From positions 17,596 through 81,595 of IMG/VR virus record IMGVR_UViG_3300035419_000202: 64,000 bases of DNA, one strand, 5' to 3'. The notes under the pieces are model-generated. The model saw only the letters and a program-made list of their open reading frames with translations, was not told where the DNA came from and made no database searches. Each line of letters opens with the position of its first letter. Position 1 is the stretch's first letter. Positions 55,519 through 64,000 of this stretch are shown in pieces. The translations under genes were made by a program, and so were the position numbers. Origin of the DNA: a virus. Its lineage: Duplodnaviria; Caudoviricetes.

Positions 55519-57037
55519 CCTCAAGATCCTCTAATTTTGTTTCATCTAGATCTTCTTCGTCTGTAATTACAGGTTCACCTACTTCTTCAAATAAGTTTCC
55601 AAAGTATGTACTACTGTTTACAGTCTTTTTACCAATCGCTCCTCTTGTACCAGGTATGGTCATCCAAAAGCGACTATAGTGTTCAATTATTGCGTTGGCT
55701 TCTTCTCTGCCGTTCGCCGCAAATATTGCTTCCACAACGTCTCTAAATAAAATCCTGTCAAATTGCTCTTGTACAAGCATCTTAGGAAGTATGCCTGCAT
55801 CGTATTGTCGGTTTGCTTCTTGTACAGCATTAATATGACTCCATACATTGTGCCCCATTTGAATAGCATATGAGAAACTATCCCACGAGGTCTTTCCTTC
55901 TTTACCAATTTTGTTTAACATTCCTGGTGCATAATGACACACGTCATTTACTTTAAGTTCTGCTGTAATTGGACTATTAGTAAAGTTTTTAAAGATACCA
56001 TCCTGTAACACAGCGTCACGGAATAATCTAGTATCTGCAGCATACTTCTTATCATCAATACTAGGAACCATTCGATAGACCCATTTGCTTCTATCGTCAG
56101 TTTCTGTTTGAATGTAAATTTGTCCGTTTGCTGTTGCTAAGAAAGGTGAAGCACAATCAAATGTAATCATAAAGTTTGGGTTATGATACTTACGAACAGC
56201 TCTTTGTATGTCTGTTAGTAACGTAGCCCATTCTAGTTTACTTGTGCCTAAGAAGTGCATTACATCGTGTACACCTGTTTGTAGTAGGTCATCATATATC
56301 AATGCAACTATACGTTTAAGAACCAAATGCACATCGCACATGTTCTGTCCACCCATTGACCAACCATTAAAATGATTGTCTGGATACACTTTAGGATCAC
56401 AATAATCTTTCATTTGCTCATACCAGTCATCTGCGTCTGCATGGTTCTCACCTTGCAATACGTTTAGAAACTTACAAGCACCTGTTCTGTGTTTCATCCA
56501 ATAGTCATTGTTAATGCGTGTTGCTTTGACTGCTTCGTCATATGTGCTAATGCCAGTTGCTTTAGCACCTGCTTCTGAACGTGCTACCCAGGCTGGAATA
56601 TCAAGCACCATGCCATAGTCCATATATGCGTCCATCCAACGGAGAACCCCGTCACGTTTCTTTTGTGCTTTAGGGCAATTAGGATCTTTCCAATCGCCTT
56701 CCCAAACACCTTTACCAATTTGGAAACCACCTGAGTCGCCTAGTAGCCAAGTGTTTTCTCTATCTCTGTTTCGAACCATGTCTTCTTTAGGTACTTCTTT
56801 AGTAGTATCTAAGTCCGCATGTCCTGCTGAATACAGTGTCCATTTATATGTAAACGCACCTTCGTTTTTATTTAGATAGTTTAAACTCTCAACACCATTT
56901 GCAAAGTTGCTTGGAATACGTGCTTTGTCTACGTATTCATCAAAACGTTGTTTACCTACATATGTAGCATAAAAGCCACTAAGTGCAGGTAAAAATGTTG
57001 CATAATCATTTTGTGTTGCGGTTAAATCTTTGTTCAT
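55499..57037 (-). CDS. dpdA: TGT-fold DNA 7-deazaguanine transglycosylase (DpdA/DpdA2-like)
   Basis: GDSGGFQIG, MVLDIP, VLQG, HFLG, TFDCASP; no C-terminal CxCxxC zinc site; 512 aa; near folE and queE. Confidence 0.75.
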   Translation of the reverse strand: MNKDLTATQNDYATFLPALSGFYATYVGKQRFDEYVDKARIPSNFANGVESLNYLNKNEGAFTYKWTLYSAGHADLDTTKEVPKEDMVRNRDRENTWLLGDSGGFQIGKGVWEGDWKDPNCPKAQKKRDGVLRWMDAYMDYGMVLDIPAWVARSEAGAKATGISTYDEAVKATRINNDYWMKHRTGACKFLNVLQGENHADADDWYEQMKDYCDPKVYPDNHFNGWSMGGQNMCDVHLVLKRIVALIYDDLLQTGVHDVMHFLGTSKLEWATLLTDIQRAVRKYHNPNFMITFDCASPFLATANGQIYIQTETDDRSKWVYRMVPSIDDKKYAADTRLFRDAVLQDGIFKNFTNSPITAELKVNDVCHYAPGMLNKIGKEGKTSWDSFSYAIQMGHNVWSHINAVQEANRQYDAGILPKMLVQEQFDRILFRDVVEAIFAANGREEANAIIEHYSRFWMTIPGTRGAIGKKTVNSSTYFGNLFEEVGEPVITDEEDLDETKLEDLEDEQLHR

Positions 57038-57038
57038 A

Positions 57039-57179
57039 TTATAATCCTAGGATGCCAAATAAGTTAAACCATCCCATTGTAGTTCCGATTGCAATAGGCG
57101 TGCCAATCATCATTAGAGCAATAATCAAGAATGCTAGGATAGCACCCTTTGTATCACCTGCTTCGTTTGGGTTACTCAT
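57039..57179 (-). CDS. Small membrane protein, 46 aa (MSNPNEAG...)
   Basis: GGAGG RBS before ATG 57179; one long hydrophobic helix. Confidence 0.55.
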   Translation of the reverse strand: MSNPNEAGDTKGAILAFLIIALMMIGTPIAIGTTMGWFNLFGILGL

Positions 57180-57477
57180 GTTCGCCTCCATAACCACGTG
57201 AATTAATTCCGTTGTCTCTACGAAATGAATTGGGTCTACGTTTTGCTGTTTCAAATGTTGCTACTGTTACTGCAACAGCACCAAGCAATAGTGTGTGTAG
57301 TATCATACTAAACACTCCTGCCCACATGCTACCTACAATAATAGCAAACACAATACACCACATCCAGGCAAGCACTTGCATCACCATATGACGTGTTTGA
57401 ACATCAGGAATAGAACTCAACGGATTGCGAGTATCATCCATTACTAATGTCCAACAGTTGTATATCCAATCCCGCAT
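57172..57477 (-). CDS. Two-helix membrane protein, 101 aa
   Basis: VLAWMWCIVFAIIVG and LLLGAVAVTVATF hydrophobic segments. Confidence 0.65.
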   Translation of the reverse strand: MRDWIYNCWTLVMDDTRNPLSSIPDVQTRHMVMQVLAWMWCIVFAIIVGSMWAGVFSMILHTLLLGAVAVTVATFETAKRRPNSFRRDNGINSRGYGGEHE

Positions 57478-57478
57478 A

Positions 57479-58207
57479 TTACTTGCTTTGCGCTGGAAGT
57501 ATGTAGTCGTACTTGACCATACCGCTATCTACTGAAATCATCATTGCACCTTGATCACTAATGCTCATAGTAATGTCGCCATCTAAGTTTAAGATGCTTT
57601 GTACTTGTGCTACAGGCCAACTCCAAGTGTGTTGTAATGATCCTTCGATATCATGTTGGAATACAAACTCACCTGCGTGTGTACTTGCATCACCAAAACT
57701 AAATGTTAGGCTGCTGTCGTTAGTGCTTACATTAAATGTAGGCTCTTCACTGTGTGCCGCACTCATAAGTTTCATACGTGCAATACTTGCCATGCTTGGT
57801 TGGAATGTTACATTCCATGCCGCACCTTTAAACTTAACTGTCTTAAGTTTTTCTTCAATAATTGCTTTGTTCATAAAGCGATAATCATTCTGGAAGTCAC
57901 CTGCCGCATTTTCAAAGTGAATATGTGTAGGAATAACTTCGCCATTTCTATCTGCTGTTACAACATCAAGTTTAGCATCTTTTTGATACTCAGGATTCTT
58001 TAAATGCAATGCTAACTTTTCTAAGTTAGGCATACCAAAAGTGCCTGAAAATTCTGCAACAGGAGTATGTGTTGCACCTGATAGAATTACACTTCTATCA
58101 TCTGCCATACTCTCTACTGAGGTATCTGAGTCGCTTGTTACTTTAACTAGACTCAAAAAACCTAGTGCATGTGTGTGGGCGACAATGTCTTGTAAAATAT
58201 CTTTCAT
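57479..58207 (-). CDS. Probable sliding clamp (gp45/PCNA-like)
   Basis: 242 aa with two alpha/beta halves, own promoter, near the polymerase; fold inferred by recall, not from a motif. Confidence 0.55.
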   Translation of the reverse strand: MKDILQDIVAHTHALGFLSLVKVTSDSDTSVESMADDRSVILSGATHTPVAEFSGTFGMPNLEKLALHLKNPEYQKDAKLDVVTADRNGEVIPTHIHFENAAGDFQNDYRFMNKAIIEEKLKTVKFKGAAWNVTFQPSMASIARMKLMSAAHSEEPTFNVSTNDSSLTFSFGDASTHAGEFVFQHDIEGSLQHTWSWPVAQVQSILNLDGDITMSISDQGAMMISVDSGMVKYDYILPAQSK

Positions 58208-58977
58208 AGGGGTTCTCCATTTGTAATGTTTATTATATTGCCTTTGTCTTCTTTTGTCAAGAAGTTTTCTATAAAGTATTTAGGTTTCCAACCTAATCCT
58301 TTAATTTTTTCTGTGTTTGCACAAGTATATTCTCTTTCTCCAGGTGTATTTAGGCGAATGGGTAAGTCTGGTGCAAGGTCTTGGATACGGACAGGAATAC
58401 CTGTACCAATATCAATTGTTCCATTTACTTTTGGTTTTGCTATTAGTAATTCAATAGCGTCTAATACATCTTGTAAATGCACAAAATCTCTATAATGCCT
58501 AGTGACATATTCTAATGTATCATTTCTAAGTCTTTGAAAGAACATATTCTTTCTAGGACATACATCTGCATACACTGTATGAAAACGCATACCTAATGTG
58601 TTAGGATAACGTTCTGCAAGTTCTTCTAAACAATACTTAGATGCCGCATAAGGATTTAGATCGGGCTCGTATGCACTACTAGAGCTTGCATATAGTATGC
58701 GTGTATTAGGGTAAGAGTTAAACAAGCGTCTACTTGCTTCTATGTTGTTTAACCAGTAACTAGCAGGGTCTTTAATACTTTCACGCACACCGCTTTTACC
58801 TGCTAGATGTATTACAAGATTTATCTTATTTTCTTTAGGAAGTGTACAATACATCAAGTCTTGATCTGCACTATCTGCAACATCAATTGTATGTACGTTA
58901 TGACCTAGTTTAACTGTAAGACGTTTTAAAAGTTCACGTCCTATAAAGCCACTTGATCCTGTTAATAATATATTCAT
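58204..58977 (-). CDS. NAD-dependent nucleotide-sugar epimerase/dehydratase
   Basis: TGSSGFIG, HLAG..GVRES, ASSSS, YAASK, RFHTVY. Confidence 0.9.
   Translation of the reverse strand: MNILLTGSSGFIGRELLKRLTVKLGHNVHTIDVADSADQDLMYCTLPKENKINLVIHLAGKSGVRESIKDPASYWLNNIEASRRLFNSYPNTRILYASSSSAYEPDLNPYAASKYCLEELAERYPNTLGMRFHTVYADVCPRKNMFFQRLRNDTLEYVTRHYRDFVHLQDVLDAIELLIAKPKVNGTIDIGTGIPVRIQDLAPDLPIRLNTPGEREYTCANTEKIKGLGWKPKYFIENFLTKEDKGNIINITNGEPL
58232..58260 (-). promoter_or_regulatory. sigma70-type promoter
   Basis: TTGACA - 17 nt - TATAAT, inside the 3' end of the epimerase gene, driving the clamp gene. Confidence 0.8.
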
Positions 58978-59405
58978 TTTTTCTCCGATTCAATAACACT
59001 TGCTCTAAGGTTTGAACTACTGAATCTGTGATCTCTATTATTAAAATATAGTTCTATGTCACGCCTGCGACATATGTCTTTGCCTGTAAACTCTTTATCT
59101 CTATATTCTTCTCCTAGAATACGTACATTAATTGTGTACAACTCTAAGATATCTTCTAGATCTTTTTCAGTACCATAAGGAATAATTTCGTCTACGTAAC
59201 TAACAGCCTTGAGCTGTGTGTATCGTTCTACAATGGATTGTACGGGCGAGTTCTTCCCAGGTCGATCATTTGAAGGATCAACTTGTAATCCGCAAATTAG
59301 ATAGTCACACTGTGCTTTTGCTTCACGTAACATTTGCACATGACCTGCGTGTAACAGATCAAATGTACTACATGTAAAACCTACTCTACCTGACATTTTA
59401 TTCAC
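58974..59405 (-). CDS. Cytidylyltransferase (TagD/RfaE-II-like HIGH family)
   Basis: FDLLHAGH, ERYTQLKAVSYVDEII, GEEY, HRFSSS. Confidence 0.9.
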   Translation of the reverse strand: MNKMSGRVGFTCSTFDLLHAGHVQMLREAKAQCDYLICGLQVDPSNDRPGKNSPVQSIVERYTQLKAVSYVDEIIPYGTEKDLEDILELYTINVRILGEEYRDKEFTGKDICRRRDIELYFNNRDHRFSSSNLRASVIESEKK

Positions 59406-59406
59406 C

Positions 59407-59589
59407 TCATTCGTTGTAGTTGATACTACTAGTTACTTTTTGTTTTTGAAATTTAGGATCTTCACGCCATTCATTCCAAACTTGTTTAGTTACTGGGTCA
59501 TTTACTTTTAAACAATAATATGTTGTGATACCACCGAATACCATTGGACACAAAAATACAGCCAGTATGCCTATTAGTCCTAAGTCCAT
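59407..59589 (-). CDS. Small membrane protein, 60 aa
   Basis: N-terminal hydrophobic helix; TAATG coupling. Confidence 0.55.
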   Translation of the reverse strand: MDLGLIGILAVFLCPMVFGGITTYYCLKVNDPVTKQVWNEWREDPKFQKQKVTSSINYNE

Positions 59590-59783
59590 TAGTGTATTTC
59601 CTTTAAGTTAGATACGCACACCGCTTGTTGACCAGCTGGAAAGTATCCGTTTGAGCCGCCAACATCTTGCGCTAGTTGTTCTCTAGCATGAAAACACTCT
59701 ACCATTGAATCATAACGACCGATTTCTTCTGCTATTGGATGACCGTGAAATGTAAGACTAATGTATACTAATACCCATTCCAT
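59589..59783 (-). CDS. Hypothetical protein, 64 aa
   Basis: GAGG RBS; two Cys (EC...VC). Confidence 0.6.
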   Translation of the reverse strand: MEWVLVYISLTFHGHPIAEEIGRYDSMVECFHAREQLAQDVGGSNGYFPAGQQAVCVSNLKEIH

Positions 59784-59785
59784 AA

Positions 59786-59896
59786 TTATTCCTCGTAATT
59801 TTCTGCTAATTGTCTTAGCATTGCAATTAATTCTTCAATGGTATTTAGGTCCTGACTGTTGTCAGTATCTATTTCCACTTGTATATTAACCTTCAT
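59786..59896 (-). CDS. Hypothetical 36-aa peptide (MKVNIQVEIDTD...)
   Basis: GGAG RBS; starts 1 nt after the polymerase stop; below the ORF-track size cutoff. Confidence 0.55.
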   Translation of the reverse strand: MKVNIQVEIDTDNSQDLNTIEELIAMLRQLAENYEE

Positions 59897-59897
59897 T

Positions 59898-62570
59898 TTA
59901 TTCTCCGAAATCAAACAAACTATTAAATGTATTGTGTCGCTTAGTATCTTCTAATGGATAGTTAAGCACACCAATTAAGTTGTCTAGTTTGTTATCAATA
60001 ATTGTTTCCGCCATTGCTGCGTCATCAAATGGCAATTCCTTAAACCAATCAGGAATGCGTAATTCGTCAGTTGGATATGCAACACTTGTATATCCTAGCG
60101 GATTTTGTTTTAATTTACAAACAATAACTTTCATACCATCTACAATTTCTTGCGAATACTTGTCGCCGTTCATACGCTTCAGTGTATTCCAGTTAATACT
60201 TGCTCGTACATGACCAGGCATATTAGCCTTGCCTTGTTTCTGTTCTAGTCGACCATAGTGGCCTACTTTATTTGCACGTTTAGGTGAACCTTTTTCCCAA
60301 CCAGGACGCTCACTAAATTCTTTTCTAAATACAGTAATACGTTCTAGTATTTCATCTTGTGGTACATCTGTTAGTACCATAAGTAATATTTCACTTAAAA
60401 ACTCCTGCATAAACACAGGCGTGTCTGACCTACGTAAGTCTAGACCCATTGCTTTTACTTTGCCAGGCTTGCCGTCAATGTCAGTTCGAAATCCTTCGTT
60501 ATCAATTACTAGTGCCGCATAACGCTTCTTAGTAATATACAAACCGGACTGTGCAATAATTTCACGTCCAGCCGCAATAACATCACTACGTGTTTTCGGA
60601 CAGTGAAATGCTTCTGCCATAAAGTCACCAAATGATGTGTTTGCTTGCTCGCACACTTGATCCATAAGTGTAATACACTTTTCTTTGGACCATTCTAGTT
60701 TGCCGCTTTCTACGTCATCTTTTAGCATAGGCCATGCACTAAAGTAACAAGAGTCTGTATCACCATAGATCATTGATTCACCTACGTGATCATAAGTTCC
60801 TGTAATAACTTTGTTAACTTCTGCTGACATGTGCTTAACAATAGTCCTACCTGTAAGCGTAGTTGACTGGCCGATGCGTTTATCGAAAAAACGGCAGCCA
60901 GGATTAAGAATAGCACCGTACAAACTGTTAAGGTTAATCTTTTTAACCAACTGTCGTTTGTCCCAGTACTCAATTTCAATTGCATTGCCAGCATCTTTTG
61001 CTTTCTTTAGTTGTGCTTGTAGATCTTTACGTTCAGCATACCAACGCTTTAGTAGCCCTGGAATAACGCCTTCAAACTCTGTTGTAAAAATTGTGCCGTT
61101 TGCACTAAGCATCCATGGCTGGTTACTGTCAAATATAATCTTGTATATTTCGGCACCACTTAGTACCTCTGTTTGGCCGTTTTCAAAGTCAACAGTAAGT
61201 GCAACATCTTTGCGTTGCTCCATAACCGCTTCATATTCTTCTGTGCTAAAACGTCCTTCCCAACTACCTGCAAATGACTTTTTCTTAAGAGTCATATCTT
61301 CGTGTACACGAGCTTCTGACATCTCAGGACGTATTTGTCCTACAACAGTTTCAGGAGCCATATTCAATGCACGAATCACACTAGGATATAGACTGTTCAA
61401 GTCCATTGACGCTACCCATTTGTGCAAACCCTTCTTAGGAAATGCTACGTATGCGCCAGCGGCTTGTGTATTTTCTGTGTCGTCACGTTTTGGTCTGTTA
61501 GGAACTTGTAAGCCTCTTGCATGTGCTTCGTTAACAATCGCTTGCTCTGTAACAGCAACAGCACCCATTGTGGTCTGTAGCAAAACAGTATTTGCGTGTG
61601 CAAGTTCGTTACTAAGATCAATAAATCTTAGTTTTTTGTCCAACTTGTCCAGTAGTGCGGTATCTTGTATGTTGTATTCAATGAACTTTCTAAAGTCATT
61701 GTTGTACAATTGATCCAAAGTGCCTTCATAAGGAACTTTGTTTTCACCAACTTCGATTTCACCAATAGCATCAAGTCTGTAACTGTGACGTTCTTCATAT
61801 GTGTATTTACGATATAATTCTAAACTATCTAAATGCACTCTACCTATTAGGTCAAAGGTAACAGCTGATTTACCATACTTTTCATATTCACGTTTCTTAG
61901 GCAACTGGCCCCACAAACAAAAACGTCTTGTGTCATCTTTGCTTAGTACACGACTAGTTCTGTTTACTGTATACGGAATATCATAACCTTCACTGTTCCA
62001 ACCTGACAAAATATCAGCGTCTTCAATTAGTGTTAAGAAAGTATCAATCATGTCGCCTTCTTTTTCAAACAACATTACATTTTCAATACCTTCAAGTGTC
62101 TTGTGTGCTTCGTCCATTGTAAGTGTCTTAGGCGGAACTGCCAAACATACCATTGTTTCTAGCCACTGTAAGTATACACTTATAGAAGTAATAGGCATAA
62201 ATGGATCAGCAGGATCAGCAAAGCCACGCTCTGGATCGAAGTCTGTCTCAATATCGAAAAAAGCAATGTTTAGTTTAGGCGCATCTTGATTAAGATAGTT
62301 TTCGCTTAAACATTGAAAGATGGGATTGATGTCGCTTTCGAATAAGTTCTTGCCTTTGTTAATAGCAACTTCTTTTCGAAAGTCTTTTGTGTGCTTACAC
62401 ACAACTCTTGTAAGGGGATCTCCATAGACACTTTTATACTTGCCTCTTGGATCTTCATAGTAAAAAGTATATTTTGCTTGATACTCGCGGTAATCTCTTT
62501 TACCGTCATTGCGTTCGACTACTCTGATTATGTCAGAGTCGCGATCAAATAGTGCGTCTACGTAACTCAT
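59898..62570 (-). CDS. polB: Family B DNA polymerase (T4 gp43-like), 890 aa
   Basis: FFDIETD (ExoI), YNIQD (ExoIII), DLNSLYPS, KINLNSLYG, YGDTDS, KKRY. Confidence 0.97.
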   Translation of the reverse strand: MSYVDALFDRDSDIIRVVERNDGKRDYREYQAKYTFYYEDPRGKYKSVYGDPLTRVVCKHTKDFRKEVAINKGKNLFESDINPIFQCLSENYLNQDAPKLNIAFFDIETDFDPERGFADPADPFMPITSISVYLQWLETMVCLAVPPKTLTMDEAHKTLEGIENVMLFEKEGDMIDTFLTLIEDADILSGWNSEGYDIPYTVNRTSRVLSKDDTRRFCLWGQLPKKREYEKYGKSAVTFDLIGRVHLDSLELYRKYTYEERHSYRLDAIGEIEVGENKVPYEGTLDQLYNNDFRKFIEYNIQDTALLDKLDKKLRFIDLSNELAHANTVLLQTTMGAVAVTEQAIVNEAHARGLQVPNRPKRDDTENTQAAGAYVAFPKKGLHKWVASMDLNSLYPSVIRALNMAPETVVGQIRPEMSEARVHEDMTLKKKSFAGSWEGRFSTEEYEAVMEQRKDVALTVDFENGQTEVLSGAEIYKIIFDSNQPWMLSANGTIFTTEFEGVIPGLLKRWYAERKDLQAQLKKAKDAGNAIEIEYWDKRQLVKKINLNSLYGAILNPGCRFFDKRIGQSTTLTGRTIVKHMSAEVNKVITGTYDHVGESMIYGDTDSCYFSAWPMLKDDVESGKLEWSKEKCITLMDQVCEQANTSFGDFMAEAFHCPKTRSDVIAAGREIIAQSGLYITKKRYAALVIDNEGFRTDIDGKPGKVKAMGLDLRRSDTPVFMQEFLSEILLMVLTDVPQDEILERITVFRKEFSERPGWEKGSPKRANKVGHYGRLEQKQGKANMPGHVRASINWNTLKRMNGDKYSQEIVDGMKVIVCKLKQNPLGYTSVAYPTDELRIPDWFKELPFDDAAMAETIIDNKLDNLIGVLNYPLEDTKRHNTFNSLFDFGE

Positions 62571-62632
62571 TTATCTCCTTCGTTGCTTCTGGCCAACTTA
62601 ACCTTCTACATGCCTGACTATTGTCATTGGCG

Positions 62633-62911
62633 TCATATAATATATAGTCTACTAAGTGCAATAATGTTCATAATAATGAACCAACCAGTGAGTACTAGTA
62701 CCCAAGGTAGTCCACGTCTATATGCACCAAAAAAACTAGCACAACTACCTGCAAAGTAGAACGGCAAAAATATGTCCGGTCTAGGATTTAGCACTGTCCA
62801 TGTTAGTATGCTACTACCAATAATAACACTTACAGCACCTATCATTTCTGCGTAGTGTGCGACGGGGTCTGATTTAAGACTTTCTGTATAAAAGTCTTTT
62901 ATGCTCTGCAC
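62633..62911 (-). CDS. Membrane protein (probable GTG start at 62911)
   Basis: AAGGA RBS; three hydrophobic helices. Confidence 0.6.
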   Translation of the reverse strand: MQSIKDFYTESLKSDPVAHYAEMIGAVSVIIGSSILTWTVLNPRPDIFLPFYFAGSCASFFGAYRRGLPWVLVLTGWFIIMNIIALSRLYII

Positions 62912-62912
62912 T

Positions 62913-63173
62913 TTATTTGTCCTTACCGACAGTAACAACCAATGTTTCAAGGTCGTCAAACTCGTCGGAAACTCTTTCCCAGTCACCCTTTTGTGCAATT
63001 TTAATTGCTTTGTTAATTAAACTTGGTTTAATATCAAGTTCTTCTGCAACAGCCTTTACAGTATCTTTTAAGCCTGCTGTTAAATCTTCTACTTCTTGAT
63101 AGACTGTAACACCTTCGTTAACTAGCCTTTCTAACTTTGCCTTTTCATCGGCACCGAATACACGACTTCCCAT
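62913..63173 (-). CDS. T4 DsbA/GapR-like dsDNA-binding protein
   Basis: LERLVNEG...EVEDL...KDTVKAVAEELDIKPSLINKAIK; GGAG RBS. Confidence 0.65.
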   Translation of the reverse strand: MGSRVFGADEKAKLERLVNEGVTVYQEVEDLTAGLKDTVKAVAEELDIKPSLINKAIKIAQKGDWERVSDEFDDLETLVVTVGKDK

Positions 63174-63201
63174 AAGAGGATCTCCTTTTAATTTATAAAC
63201 T

Positions 63202-63230
63202 ATTATACGGTATTATTAAGGATTTGTCAA
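63202..63230 (-). promoter_or_regulatory. sigma70-type promoter
   Basis: TTGACA - 17 nt - TATAAT, overlapping the upstream stop codon. Confidence 0.85.
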
Positions 63231-64000
63231 GAGCTTTTTTCGTTTAATTTACGATAAAGCATTTCTTTGATAGATTCTTGAGTAGGATCTGACTTATACT
63301 TTTGCTTGCGTGGAAGTACTTTAGTCTTATCTTGATGTGATCCACCTGCACCACTCTTGCGTAGAGCTTCTAGGTCACGCCAGTTTGGATCTCTTGATTT
63401 GATTACTGGCTTCTTGTTTTTCTTTGCCTCTGAATTCATCATCTGTTTTGAGTTTGCCTTTTTCATTAGTGCTAATAGTTCTTTCTTTAGTGCAGGATCT
63501 TTAAGTATCTTTTGAATTGTTTGATCAAAAGGTGATTTTGCACTTTTTTCTTTTTTATCTTTGCCTTTTTCTTTTTTGTCAACTTTGCCTGTAAATACAT
63601 TGCCTACAGCCTTGTTTAATGCATCTGGACCTAATGCTCCGCCTTTTTGCATTGCTTGGTAACCTGTTCGAAAGCCGTCTAATGCACCTTCTTCAACATC
63701 ATTATCTATGCTGTCGCCAACAAGTTTATTTCTTGCAGGATGCGGTGTTTCATTTCCACCTGGCTTTGAACTCTTAGTAAAGGCATCCTTGCCTTTGAGT
63801 TGACCTGCACTGCCATGTTTTTGTTTACCTTCGTTAAGTGTTACACCTGCTAGTTTAGCAAAGTCACTTACACTGTAGTCTTTATCTAATTGCATAGAGC
63901 CTTCTGGAACTTCTACACTTTCTTGTACGATGTTTTGTGGAACTTCAACACTTTGTTGCGGTTGACCTCCGAGGTCTGCCAACATCTTTGCCTTATCTGC
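63227..64000 (-). CDS. Low-complexity charged protein, 5' end outside the window
   Basis: Frame is open to nt 64000 (ADKAKMLAD...); Lys/Glu-rich. Confidence 0.6.
   Translation of the reverse strand, partial: ADKAKMLADLGGQPQQSVEVPQNIVQESVEVPEGSMQLDKDYSVSDFAKLAGVTLNEGKQKHGSAGQLKGKDAFTKSSKPGGNETPHPARNKLVGDSIDNDVEEGALDGFRTGYQAMQKGGALGPDALNKAVGNVFTGKVDKKEKGKDKKEKSAKSPFDQTIQKILKDPALKKELLALMKKANSKQMMNSEAKKNKKPVIKSRDPNWRDLEALRKSGAGGSHQDKTKVLPRKQKYKSDPTQESIKEMLYRKLNEKSS

Noticed and set aside
60811-61713. 300-aa plus-strand ORF and other antisense ORFs in the track (e.g. 403..669, 9601..9894, 21375..21863, 41853..42221)
   Set aside because: They are antisense shadows of well-supported genes, with no RBS or motifs and Ser/Leu/Ile-skewed composition
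59898-62570. Intein or intron in the DNA polymerase
   Set aside because: 890 aa with normally spaced motifs; no intein splice-junction or homing-endonuclease motifs
1-64000. Eukaryotic giant virus or cellular origin, suggested by the GME, Asp/Asn hydroxylases and propellers
   Set aside because: SD sequences, perfect sigma70 promoters, ATGA/TAATG coupling, T4-like late motifs, phage tail genes and a gp43-like polymerase all indicate a bacteriophage
1-64000. CRISPR array, tRNA, rRNA, integrase or transposase
   Set aside because: Intergenic gaps are mostly under 70 nt; no repeat-spacer periodicity, cloverleaf or recombinase motif was seen by eye (tRNAscan not run)
1-64000. Stop-codon reassignment
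   Set aside because: Known enzymes are full length under the standard code, and TAA, TAG and TGA all end genes at sensible junctions

Overview
AT-rich, gene-dense segment of a large tailed bacteriophage genome (T4-superfamily-like myovirus, probably aquatic; host not identifiable from this window). It uses the standard code, Shine-Dalgarno sites, host sigma70-type TTGACA-N17-TATAAT promoters and T4-late-like TAAATA motifs. Layout: (1) 1-7.1 kb tail/baseplate-type structural genes. (2) About 8-40 kb, a biosynthetic-cluster-like island bounded by virion genes. It holds about 7 glycosyltransferase-like genes, a GDP-mannose 3,5-epimerase-like enzyme, a truncated nucleotide-sugar dehydrogenase, 6 radical SAM enzymes, 9 2OG-Fe(II) oxygenase genes (10 domains), 2 methyltransferase-like genes, a flavin halogenase, a kinase, a CX5R phosphatase, a minimal adenylation enzyme, an SGNH-like protein and two beta-propellers. 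(3) 40-64 kb, minus strand: tail-fibre-like gene, VWA-metallopeptidase/MoxR ATPase pair, 5'-3' exonuclease, a 7-deazaguanine DNA-modification region (QueE, FolE, QueD/DpdL-like, DpdA/TGT-like, with an embedded glycosyltransferase, PRTase and HIT; no QueC in the window), probable sliding clamp, epimerase, cytidylyltransferase, family B DNA polymerase and a DsbA-like protein. All functional calls come from motif recognition by eye; no database search was run. No tRNA, rRNA, CRISPR, integrase or transposase was seen.
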